From Marsupella aquatica (Eukaryota; Plantae; Marchantiophyta), in assembly GCA_973895155.1 (NCBI GenBank), contig OZ316897.1:15809375-15873374 (forward strand): DNA of 64,000 bases. The letters are read 5' to 3'. Both the position numbers and the translations under genes were made by a program. Below the pieces are notes generated by a model. The model searched no databases and was not told where the DNA came from. It worked only from the letters and a program-made list of their open reading frames with translations. The first letter of the stretch is position 1; each line of letters starts with the position of its first letter. Shown here piece by piece: positions 28,341 through 39,848 of this stretch.

Positions 28341-30206
28341 TGTTAAACGCCAACTTCGACCTTGCGATTAATGGCCGTTTAACTACCTTCTCCTCCATGA
28401 TCTCGTTTAAATGATTAACCATCCTTCGAGAGGCGGCACTCCTTCTATCTCGACACAGTCCCCGTAAGTGAATCCGACCAAGTGCTCTTGAATGTCGAGT
28501 TCCGTCTTCCACTTCTTAGGCACTTTAGCCTTGGCCAACACCAACCCCTCTCTATACACAATCTCAATGAACCCACACCACTCGCGGTAAGTGATCAAGC
28601 AAATCGGAATGTTCTCGTATAGTAACTGACGGGAAATAATATGGGTACCGATAGAACAGATCCACAGTTCCAGTGATCTTAAGGTAATCAAGGAGCAAGA
28701 CTTGTCGTCACTGCTGTCTACATTCATGGTTTTTAGTAGCCGTGACCTGATTAAATCCGGCTGTCCTTGGAATCTGCCTGCCTGGCAATTGATTTCCGGA
28801 TTGTGTGGGTGACTATGACAAGGTTACCCTAAGCAAGTACCCCAGTATCACGTTTACCCTTGTATGATGGAGGTGTATGACGACCAGTGTATCGCCTTCA
28901 AAACACACTATCTCCAACCAGACACTGCTTCTCACTAGCTGTCTGTTCAACCTATACCTTGAGGCGCTGGCCCGTAAGGTTCTGGTTCGCAATGAGACAA
29001 TATTCATTCATCGTTGCGATTAACGAGTAACGACTTGCTGCATAAGGCAAATTCCTTCTCTCTTTCTCTCTCTCTCTTTGATTCGACGTTCTCATTCCCT
29101 GCTCAAGTGCGGACTTTACTCTGTTGCATTCATTCCAAACTCTCTCTTTATACTCAAAAACTACTCAACTGAGTAGGGACACTATTACAAAATTGCTGGT
29201 ATTCATAAGGTGAGCGGAGCTCTACCTTGCCCCAGACTTCTAGCAAAAAGTGACAGCGCCTAGCGCTCCACAGCCTCTAAATACCTATGCCTCGCGTCCG
29301 CCTTCGCCCGAGGCCTCTACTACTTCTTGGGGTGCACCGATTATAGTTGGACGACTCGCGCCTCCTCTTTGATCTCCTTCGCTCATTTATCAAGAACGCT
29401 AACTAATGCCTACCAGAACGATGAGTGGAAGCCAAGAACTGCTGATTACTATGTCAAGAAGTTCTGTCTTCCTAGTTACTGAACTGTGCAACGGCCTCCT
29501 TGATTCCCTTTGGTTGCGCCTAATCCGGAAGCTTCCGGACTTCCGATTGTTAATCTTGCCATATGTGCCTCGACCTCCTGACTTCTGTCATCTTCCTTGG
29601 GGTTGCTTGGTTCGCCGGCCACGATTACTTGTTCGGCGGTGATTAATCGCCACGTAATCCGCTGATCGTGGTTGTTCTCCCGTCTTAGCAGCAGATTCCA
29701 TTTCTTCCGCATGACCTTTCTACAGAGTTCTTCGATGGCCTCGCCGGTGGTGAATCGTTGGCGGAACTCTTCGCCCTTCATTCCGAACAATTGTTGCCCC
29801 GCCGCATCCCATACACGACAGCTTCCTTCTTTGATCCGAATAGTGAACATGAACATAGGCACTCCTTCGCCTAGCAACTTACACTCATGAGCTAACCGAT
29901 TCCTACTAACGGGGGTTCCTATATTCGCCCCCCTTTGCCTTCTCTGTCGAGCTCTTGTGCCTAAGGCACATACTCTGCCATCTGCTAGTAGGCCATCGCA
30001 GCCTTCATAGCAGAACTCGACTCCTACACGACCGTTAATCGAGATGATCGTCGCCTCCCCTACTTCCAGCCTTTCTGTCATCTCAACAAAATGAATAACC
30101 GCTGGTCCTCGCTTACTACTTCCTAAATACTCTTGGTTGACCTCTAGTTGACACTTCTAAACCTAAAAAAACTATAATATCGCCGGTGTAATTTTTATCG
30201 TTTACA
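28341..30206 (-). repeat. 3' LTR of the gypsy element
   Basis: Matches 39849-41714 at offset 11508, with about 10 substitutions by eye. Confidence 0.97.
29476..30081 (-). CDS. LTR(U3)-encoded 201-aa protein resembling the RPA70 C-terminal OB-fold (DBD-C), 3' LTR copy
   Basis: EATIISI...FCYEGC...FMFTIRIKEGSCRVWDAAGQQLFGMKGEEF...LCRKVMRKKWNLLLR...RITWRLITAEQV parallels RPA1 DBD-C (ATI..I...F.Y.AC...Y.L...I.D.TG..W...F.E.AE.I.G.SA.EL...K...F.V...R....V...V). The ORF is intact and identical in both LTRs. Confidence 0.65.
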   Translation of the reverse strand: MTERLEVGEATIISINGRVGVEFCYEGCDGLLADGRVCALGTRARQRRQRGANIGTPVSRNRLAHECKLLGEGVPMFMFTIRIKEGSCRVWDAAGQQLFGMKGEEFRQRFTTGEAIEELCRKVMRKKWNLLLRRENNHDQRITWRLITAEQVIVAGEPSNPKEDDRSQEVEAHMARLTIGSPEASGLGATKGNQGGRCTVQ

Positions 30207-30216
30207 TTCTCCTTTG
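30207..30216 (-). other. Polypurine tract (AAAGGAGAA)
   Basis: Purine run immediately 5' of the 3' LTR on the element strand. Confidence 0.7.
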
Positions 30217-30283
30217 CTTACCTACGAATTCGTCCTCAATATCCGTTATGCTTGGTATACGTTGGGGACAAGTAGTCACCGGT

Positions 30284-32950
30284 CTACTTCACTCCTCTAC
30301 CCTCGCTAACATTGGTCGTCCTGGTTGGAGTTATCGGAACTCTACTCTGTGCCTTCAGCTTCCTCACTTCAGATTTTAAATCCAAAATTGATCGTTCCTT
30401 ATCTTCCAGTTCTTGCGAAAGCTGATCGTTCTCTGTCCTCAACTGCTCGAGTTCCTCGGTCTGTTCAGTGATACTCTCCTCTCCAGTGCCCTGTAGCTTC
30501 ACAGTGGCTTCTAACTCAGCAATTTTTTGCTTATAGTCGTCTTCTGTGATTCTCCAACTCTCCGATACTTCATAGTGTTTTCGTCCGAGCTTCCCCAGTT
30601 GCTCCTCCAGTAGGGCTTGTTTGTTCAGATCCTCCGTGGGGTCCCCTTTGACTGCGGTGGTTTGCTGGAGTTGGGTTTCCAGACCCTGGAGCTTTTTCTT
30701 CAATTCCTCCACCCTCTGGCGTTCCACTGCCCATTCACCGGTTGTTCTGTGTTGCTTTGCTGCTTCATCCTTGAGTTGCGATTGCAATTCTTCTATTTCC
30801 TTGAGTTTCTCGTTATCCTCCCTTAATTGTGAATTGATCTTTTGGCTATCTGCTTTGACTGTGGCTATGGCTGCTCCGATGGCCGTGACAACCTCCTGGT
30901 AATTTGTCGTCAGTCCCCCTGGACGTAACCCTTCTATTCCTAGGTAATCAGCCAATTCCTGCGTGGCTGCCTCCTCATGCCTCCAGCCTCTTTCTATGGT
31001 TGTCAGTCGATCCTTATCTGCTATTAGCTCTTTGTTATGATTTAGTCACTCCTTGATGGTCTCCTCGGCCTCCACTGCCCATTTATCTGCCTCCTCCTTC
31101 CTGGCTAAGTCCTCGGCGATTTCTTCTTCTCGCTTGTTCCACTCCAAGTGTACTAGCGAACTCGTTATTCCCTGATAAATGGCTAATTGACTGGCGATTT
31201 GTCCGATCATGACTGTAAAGATGCTATCTTTTTGCACTGTGCTGATCTGCTCTTTCAATACTTTGATCCCCAGCTTCTCCCGTAATTGTTGTTCATCACC
31301 TTCTTTTACGGTTGAGAGGGCGTACTTGAGGTCGTCGTCATCAATGGGCGCTGTCCTATAAGCCTTGGTTTCTGCTCACCTTTTGTCTTCCTCCGCTGGT
31401 TCCTGACCTTCTGATTCTAACTCCTTCTTGGTCGGTGTTGGATTGGTTTCTTTCCTCCTGGTGGTGCGCACTGGTGATGCGTCCCTCTCTTGTTCTCTGT
31501 TGGTTGCTTCCTCTTCTGGCAGGGTGCCCTTCTGCTTCTTGGCTCCCTCACTCCTCGTTGGTTGGTAAATGGTAGCTGCTGATTCCGTTTTTCCCCCGTC
31601 TTCCCTTGTAAGCTGACTCTCGATTAGCACTTGGAGATGCGACTCGATCTCTACTGGCAGGTTGCTTTTACCGCTGATTAATCATTTAGCTCGCTTAATG
31701 GCCGCATGAAACCCTTCGTGGAAAAAGGCTGACCAATCCTTTTGCTTCCCGTCTCCCTCTACAATTTTAATCATAAATCGAGGATATTCTGATCTGGGCC
31801 TCTTCCAATGTAATGCATGGATTACAAATTCGAGCCTTTCCTTGATTTTCTCATTCGTGCAATGCTTGGTCGGATAGCCCCTGTTGTCGTCTACGTCCTT
31901 GTGTTGTGGAAATGTGGCAGGTTGCCAAGTTTTCCCCATCCGTTTCTTGATCTCTGCTCCTTGCTTTGGCAGTTTGAAAAGCTCCTTAAGCTTCCGAGGA
32001 TTCATCTTAATGACTTGGCCCCTACATATTCCCTGATTTTCGGTGGGTTTCCACGTGGTGATGAACTCGCTGTAGTCCTCTGCTTGTAGCTTTGTGGTTT
32101 GATTCCACTTTAGTTTCACGAACTTCTCCAATCCTTGTGTCTGTAGAAATTTCCTGTGTGCTTGTCCGCACATAGTTTGCAATATCTGTGGCCCCATTCT
32201 CTCAAATTTCAAAACATGACTTGTTTCCCTTGGACTTGTTTTTGCGGCACGCGTCGCCTTCCCGGTCCTACTTTTTGCTTCTTCTGCTGGTTCTTCTTCT
32301 TCACTGTCGGATTCTTCCGATTCTTCCTCCTCGTATTCAACTATTTTGCTCTTTCCCCTTACGGATTGCACCTCCCTCATCGTTGGCGGCTCAAGTTTAA
32401 TCGTTTTGGCTATCCCCTTGCGGTTCCTCTTGGTCCTAGAAGGAGTCATTTCCTCAATTATCGTTGTGGTGACCGCCGTGATTGCTTCCGTGGGATCCTG
32501 GTTGGCTAACAATTCTGCCATGGTCAGCTTCCGTCTCCCTTCTCGTTGAAGTTTGTTCAGCTGGTTTCCCTGTTGTTCTTCTGTCTGCTCGGCCGCTTGC
32601 TCCGTTGGTGCCTCGATTACTGATTTGGTTTGTGTCTCTAGGGTTGGCTCCTCGGCGGGCCCCTGCCCTCCCCTTTTGGCTGTAGTTTCCGAGAGATGGT
32701 CAGCCGTTGAAGGTCCCTGACTCACGATCTCTTGGTCATCTTCGGGGTTGCTCCTTTCCCTTTCCGCTGACTCGGAAACTTCCAGCTCCATGCCCTCTGC
32801 TGTTGTCGGCCCTTCTCCCTCTGTGTGTGTGGGGGTGGGTATCTCCTCCATCGCCGGGGTTTCGAGTAGTTCGCTGATAGTAACACGCTTCCTCGGTTTA
32901 TCGTCCTCAAACTCGTTTGATCGTTTCAGCTTCAAAGTCTTCATGCCCAC
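30284..32950 (-). pseudogene. Gypsy accessory ORF 3' of pol (~890 codons: acidic low-complexity region, conserved globular domain, C-terminal coiled coil), broken by three TGA stops
   Basis: ORFs 31682-32950, 31376-31630, 31046-31258 and 30284-30955 are in one frame, separated only by single TGA codons. The central domain (EFITTW...RGQVIKMNPRKLKELFKLP...ERLEF..HALH...DWSAFF) is homologous to 54400-54970. The C-terminus is heptad-rich. Confidence 0.75.
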
Positions 32951-33454
32951 CGGTAATGTGTAATGCCTATTACCGACCCTCGATCATTCGAATTTCACCT
33001 CGCGCTGATAGCCACTCCACCCGGGGTTCTCTCGTAATCTCCTTGCCAGTCAGAAATAGGGTTTTTGGTTTAACAGTTCTTTTGCGGCTGATGGTGCTCG
33101 CCCTTTGGATTCTAGTGTATCCTGAACTTCTAGTATAACATGTAATTTTCCCGTGGAGTAGTCCTCAATACAGGGTATTGAGTTGGGTCCTATCAAAATC
33201 CGATCTGCAATCCATGTGGAAAAGGGTCCGTGTGTACATCCTACGATTACTACTCTATAAGGAAACCTTCTCCTCCTCTCTTCCTGGCCTTTGGGTAATT
33301 TGTGCTTCCAATCGTGGATCTGAAAGATTTCAGATAGGTCCTCCTCCGCTAGAACCACTGACTTGATTTGACCTGATTCCGTTGGTTCGTTTGATGGAAT
33401 GGTTCCGTTCACGTAATCCTCTAACGGGTACCCCTTGATCGTTAGTTCTCGTCC

Positions 33455-36400
33455 TTATTCATTTGTGCTTTCTTCTCGTCGTAGTGTGTCACGTGTGGTG
33501 GTCGCGACTAGCTTCTTTGCGTGTGCTAAGGGTCGCTCCGTGTTCTTGGCGGTGAGTGCCCCTCCGGTGGCTTCCGTAGATGCTTGATCGGGGGTCACGC
33601 TGATACAGGCTACCATTCTAGTGGGTAGCTCGTACCCTTCTCCATCCGCTTGATTCTCGTTAGGTGGTGCTGTCGGCAGTTGATAGCTGTCGTCGTCCTC
33701 GTTGAGCGCCGGTACCGTATCGGAGTCGTTGCCGACTTCGCTTTCCCCTGGGTAGTCGTTAAATGTATCCTCTACTTCTCGTAAGTACACGTTGTTCCTT
33801 ACGTGGTACGACTTCATCTTATTCCCGTTCACCCACTGTTGCTCGCTCCCATCCTGGCTGGTAATTTCGAAGGTTCCGTTTCCCCATGCCTTGAGGACGG
33901 TAAAGGGTCCTTCCCATTTAAGTCTCAACTTTCCTTTTTTTATTCGTGCTCGCTTTCGGCACCACAGTACTAATTCCCCTTCCGTGAACATGGTTACCTC
34001 CCGTTGATGGTCTATTCGTCGCTTGCGTTGTCCTTGTACATACTCTAATCGCTCTTCGGCCCTTCTCCGGGTTTCGGTAACCTCCAATAGTGCTTTTAAC
34101 CGTCTAGTTAAACACGGGTTCTAATTTATGTCGTATCTCGCTGCGATTTGCAAACTAGGTAATTCGTAGTCTGTTGGCATACGGGCCTCAACTCCAAACA
34201 TTAATTGAAAAGGGGTGTGGCCCGTGGTTACCTTATATGCCGTGCGGAATGCCCATACTGCCGCCGACAGCTGAACGTCCCAATCGTTTTGCTGTTCGTT
34301 AACCACTTTCCGTAAAACGTTGAGTAAGACTTTGTTTGTTGACTCCGCTTGCCCGTTACACTGAGGGTAATAGGGAGTCGAAAACCGATGGCTTATATGG
34401 TAATTATCCGTCAGTTCCTGGATAACCTTGTTCAAAAAATGTGAACCTTGATCGCTCACTAGCTCACCTAGTAATCCGTATCTCGTGATGATGTTCTGGT
34501 ACAAGAACTTGGCTGTTACTCGGGCAGTGTTCTCCCGAGTTGCGACTGCTTCCACCCATTTTGTGGTATACTCTGTTGCTGCTAAAATATACTAGTTCTG
34601 ACTATATCTGGAAGATGGAGTGATGGGTCCTATGAAATCTAGTCCCCATTTCTGAAAAATATAAGGGGCGATTATAGGCCTAAACTCCATGTTTTCCTTT
34701 ATAGGTCCTGTACGCTGACACAGGTCGCACGTTTTTACAAACTCCCGAGTGTCTTTATGGACAGTTGCCCACCAACGTCCTTGCTGAAGAATCTTCCTCA
34801 GGGTGATCTCGGTGCCGAAATGTCCCCCTCCTAGTCCTTCATGTGCCGCGATTAAGGCTTCTGGCCGTTCTTCCTCCGGAACTACTCTACGTAGTATGTC
34901 ATCGGGCCCCTGGTAATAAAGCACGTGGTTGATCAAGGTGTAGGGTCTTGCCTTATAGGCGAAGACCTTCCTTTCCTTACTGGACAACCCCTCCGGGAAT
35001 ACCGCTGTGCGTAAATACCTTTCTAATGCTGGTTCGTCATCCAAGGTCACTAGATTTACAGGATGCCTTTCCTTGGCGTCTTGAAATAGCTCCATATCCG
35101 GTAATTGATCGTCTTCTTCCTTGCCTGTCTCTCCTGATTCGAGTCTACTCAAATAATCGGATATGACATGGGTTTTCCCGGGTTTATAAATGATGGTGTA
35201 ATCAAACTCAGCTAATAACAAAATTCATCTTGCAATTCGGCCCGACAGCTGTGGTTTGTTTACTAAGTTGACCAAGGCATTATGATCTACATAGAATATG
35301 AATTGATTCCCAAGTAAATAATGCCTAAATTTCTTTACTGCAAATATCATGGCTAATGCTTCCCTCTCAGTCGTGGTGTAGTTCCTTTCATGCACGTTTA
35401 ACAGTCTACTGGCATAGTATACTGGTAAATCGATACCTTGTTCTCCCTTCTGTGCTAACACTGCCCCCACCGCCACCAGAGAAGCATCTGTATGTAGATG
35501 GAACTCCCTCTTCCAATCTGGCTCCTTGAGTATGGGTGCATGGCACAACCGGTCCTTGATTTCTTCAAACGCTTTCTGACAGTCGTCGTCCCAAGTGAAC
35601 GTTTGATGGTTACCCGTTAATCGTGCCAACGGGGCACTGATTTGGGAGTAACTCTTGATGTAACGACAATAGAAACCTCCACTTCCCAGAAACCTTCTGA
35701 CTTGAGTTGCACTATTGGGAACTGGTATCTCTTTAATGATTTTTATCTTATCTGGGTCTACTAACAAGCCCTATTTACAAACTATGTGTCCTAATATCTT
35801 GCCCGATGGTACAAAGAAGGTGCACTTATCAGGGTTCAAGCTGATTCCCCCTTCCCTACATCTTAAGAGGCATAATCTGAGATGACCTATATGTTGCTCT
35901 TCCTCTCCGTATATGGTGAAGTCATCTAGGAAGATTTGCATAAACTGATTCAAATACTCATAAAATAATATCATCATTAATCTTGGAATGTACTAGGCCC
36001 ATTGCATAATCCAAAGGGTAATACGAGACACTGGAAAGCGCCCCATTCCGTAATGAAAGTGGTCAGCTCCCTTGCTTCTGTGGCTAACCGGACCTGACTG
36101 TACCCGCTGTACCCATCTAAAAATGAGTAAGCTGACTTTCCTGCTACCACATCCAGAACTGCTTCTAGAAAGGGTACCGGAAAAGGATCTTTTATGGTCG
36201 CTGCGTTTAACTTTTTGAAATCAATGCAGACTCTTAACTTCCCATTTTTCTTAGGTACTACGACTATCGGGGATAGCCACGTATAACGCTTAACAGGTTC
36301 AATGAATTTGGCATCAAGGAGCCTTTGGATTTCTTCTTTTACCTTTTCCGCATAGTTGGGGTTCATCCTATATCGTTGTGTCTGCACCGGTACTGATCCT

Positions 36401-38925
36401 GGTACGAGTCGGATTCGATGTACGCCAATTGACTCTGGAACTCCCTTTAACTCCGTGTAATCCCAGGCAAAAACATCTCGGAATTCGGCGAGTAGGGTAA
36501 CAAGTTCCTCTTTGAGCTCGGGGGAAAGGTGTTTCCCTATCTTTACTTCTCGTGGTCGTTCAGTGTCACTCAAATCGACCTTCTGAATGTGCTCCTCTTC
36601 GGTGGCACTCCATCCCACCACCTTCTCTGCTAGATCCTGCAAGGTGGTCTGTGCTTCTTCCTCCTTTAATGAGCACTCCTGAATGCCTTGCGGGTCTATG
36701 TGTTTAAACAGATCGTTTCGTAGATCATGATCCATTTTTTCTTTGGTCATTCCTTGCATCTCGTCGAGCTTGACTATTTCCATATCTGAAATTGGGACTA
36801 AGTCTGGACGGCATTTTAAATAGGTCTCTTCTTCATCCTCATTCAACCCCTCTGCCCAGTTCAAGGTACAGACTCTGGCCATAGGTGGTACACCATCCTC
36901 GATAGCCTTGGTTCTGATCTTGAAAGTCTCTCCTCCGTGTTCTATTTTTATATAATCCTTCTCTTCCCCCCAGTGTTGTTTTACTTTGGCTTGTCTTAGC
37001 CAAGGTCGTCCTAACAACATGGGTTGTCCTCGGGTGGAATCTGCTTCTCTCAAAACTACCACTCCTAAATTGTACTTGATGCCTGAAATCAGCATTGGTA
37101 AGTCTGGCACGTACCCCAGTGGGTGACAGCTGCTTTGATCGGCCATTATTAAATTAAAAGGGGCTGGTAAGAGTTTGACTCTGCCTAGCAGTCTGTAGGT
37201 CTGCTCACTCATGAGGTTTACGGCTGACCCTCCATCCAGCAATACGTTCTTTAGTTTGATGCCCCTTACGCTGATCTGTACTACGGCTCCTTTGTCGATT
37301 AGGGGAATCTTCCCAGCTTGGTACAGTGGTATTCCGGGTAATGTGGTAGGACTAATTCTGCCCCCCAACCGTCTCATTACTGCTTCCTTGCACTGTGGTG
37401 CTAACTGGAACAGTTCCTCGACAGTGATGTCGACTCTGGTCTTCGCGATGAGTTGTACTAGCTTATCCACTATTTGCTGGTTCGCTTCGGCAGGGTTATT
37501 CGGTGGTCCTTCATCTCGTGGAAGTTGTCCCGTTTCTTGATCGAATCCCCCCATCGTCACTCCCTCCTCTAGAATTTCCGTATCTGTCTCTGCGTAAGGT
37601 TCTGAACGCATTAATCGTTCAGGTCGTGGCAAAGTCTCGTTCTACTGTTTGTGGCAAATTTCATCCGCCATTTCTTGGGTGGTTGCATCCATTTGGCTCC
37701 AATCGAATCCCCCCTCTGTCTTCGGGGAATTGGTTTGGGTTGAGTTCTTTGGCTGCCCTTGAGATCTTGTCACTACGTATGGTGACACCTGCACAGTATT
37801 CACAGGTGCTGGGGCTTTCCCCGCTATTTCTTCTTTTTCTTTCATGTGCTTCATCCATAATTCACAATCGGGCCCCCTGATGTGGCCAGTTAGTCGACAG
37901 TTATAGCAAATCGGTGGGTATTTAGTACCACCATCCTTATAGGGCCTTCGGTTTGCATTACGATCCGGATTGTAATATCCCTGACTACTCTCCATCCTAT
38001 CCCCATCTTGTTTGCTTGTTCCTACCTGATTTACACCTAGGCTAGGTTTCTTTTTAAAAGGATTCTGGTTGCATTCCTGAGTAGTATGTCCAGGCCTCAT
38101 ATGTATTTCACAGAATTTACGAGTACTAAGCTCGCCTCGCTCTCGGTTTTCCTTGACTTCTACCTTAGAAGGTTCTGTTTTCCGGTTAACCCTCTCTTCA
38201 TCCTTACTGCTCTCGTTCTTTTCCTGGTTAAGCATTTGAGTAATGCCTTCTAGCCGTATTAATCTTTTCTCGTATTCGTCAGCATTAGAAGTGGGATTTT
38301 GTTCTACCACTGTGACTAGACTTCCCTTCACAGCCTTTCTCATCCAGCTAATTCGTTGCCCGTCGGACGGTTTGTTAGTTAATCGCCTCATTGTTACCTT
38401 TAATCATCCAATATAGTTATGTACTGGTTCTCCTTTCTTCTGAGTCATGTTTTGCAGAATGCTATACAAATCAGATTCTTCCTTAGCCCTTCTATAATGA
38501 TCTAAGAATTCTTTTGAAAACTCAGGCCAAGTTTTGAAATGGTCAGCTGGGTATTGAGTGTACCATACAAAAGCCTCCTTGTCCAGTGAGCTGGGAAACA
38601 GCTCTAATCGGGCTGTGTCGTTCTGTTCGTGGTTAGCTCTGAGCATTTCTTTGAACCGTGCTAAGTGGGTATCGGCATCTTCATCAGGTGCTCCCTTGAA
38701 CATGGGTATTTGAACCCTTCTGGTAGGAGCCGATCTCGAACTAGTGCCAGCTCCTTGGTGGGTTTTAAGTCGTTCCATGGCTTCTTCCAGGGGTTCTTCG
38801 ACCTTATCTTGAGTCCTTGAAGTCTCGATTCGTTCTTCGACCTCAAGTCTGAGTCTACTTTCTTGGAAAGGTTCGAACTCCTCTGCCATTTCCCCTTCGT
38901 TGGGATTGATGGGCGTCTTGCCCAT
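33455..38925 (-). pseudogene. gag-pol: gag-pol polyprotein (Gag, Zn knuckles, protease, RT, RNase H, integrase) with premature stops and one frameshift
   Basis: Gag IPMFKG..EDADTHL.RF. Knuckles CEIHMRPGHTTQEC and CYNCRLTGH. Protease LLDGGSAVNLM. RT LRVCIDFKKLN / LPFGLCNGPSTFQ / IFLDDF. RNase H HTDASLVAVGAVL. Integrase HEGLGGGH..CDLC, GLDFIGP, SDQGSHF, QAESTNK. Stops at 38404, 37642, 35771, 35225, 34592, 34121; 1-nt deletion near 35980. Confidence 0.95.
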
Positions 38926-39826
38926 TTATCTTCTGGGTTAGCAAAACCTTTTCTCTGCCTTCAAGCAATATACTCAACGATCAGGTCTTTCTTTACAATG
39001 GTGATGTCAAGATCTTATTACTCGTTAATTTTCACAAAAACGGAGACCTTCTACTGTCTCCTTTACTTGACTAATGCTATAACTTCTGTTAATCAGTTCC
39101 TCTCTCTCCTTTGCTCAACTGCGGCTATGCCCTCTGCAAAATGACTCCTATTCGCTTAAACTAGGAGTGCAGGCTTCTGGAGCCATGAGTTCCTCGTTAA
39201 AGCACATCGTTAATAACTGGTTTAACATAGAAAACTCAAAACTGTCATGTTCACTCCACATCATACATCTTGGGCAAGCTCTTGCGGTTTCCTCTAGTTT
39301 AGAACTTAATTTCCTAGCGATTCTGCCTATATGGAATGCTATCGCAACCGGGTACTCATTTTGATTCCAATGACACCATTCTAAGAGTTTTCTAAGGTCC
39401 TCCTTTCTCTTGGGTAGGCGGTACTGCGTGTAGCCTTGAGGTAATCGATCACTTGGTGGCATGGTCGCTGCTGTGACCGCTGCTCCGAACAGAGGATTGC
39501 AAATGAATTGCTCGCCTCCTCACGTTCCAGGTTCCTCCATGCGCTTCTCAAAGTACCAACTCTGTGTGTGTGGGCGTGGTGTAAGCAATTATCATAACAT
39601 TGCCTTCTCGTGCCCAACTTCTCCCGCTGGCTAGTATCGAGTGCTCTTTCTCGTTCAGTGTTGCTATGATTGCTGCTTCGGCATCCTTCTCAAAATAGAA
39701 CATCGTCCAGAACTCCTTCGGCGAGTTCATATCCCCCGTTCACCTTTCTGGATTTGCGCGTTTCTCTCTTGGTTCGGACTGCTGGTCGTAGCAATTTCTC
39801 CTCTTTCGGAACCCTCAACGAGGCGT

Positions 39827-39844
39827 TCCCCAGTATGGTCGCCA
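39827..39844 (-). other. Primer binding site TGGCGACCATACTGGGGA (tRNA-Arg-like)
   Basis: Starts with TGG 4 nt after the 5' LTR. Resembles the plant tRNA-Arg PBS (TGGCGACTCCACTGGGGA) used by Ogre/Tat elements. Confidence 0.8.
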
Positions 39845-39848
39845 AAAA

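Noticed and set aside
30284-32950. Retroviral env gene
   Set aside because: No signal peptide or hydrophobic transmembrane segment is visible; the protein is hydrophilic and coiled-coil.
30284-38925. Stop codons repaired by RNA editing or programmed readthrough
   Set aside because: Any stop is one C-to-T change from Gln or Arg, a frameshift is also present, and methyl-C deamination is a simpler explanation.
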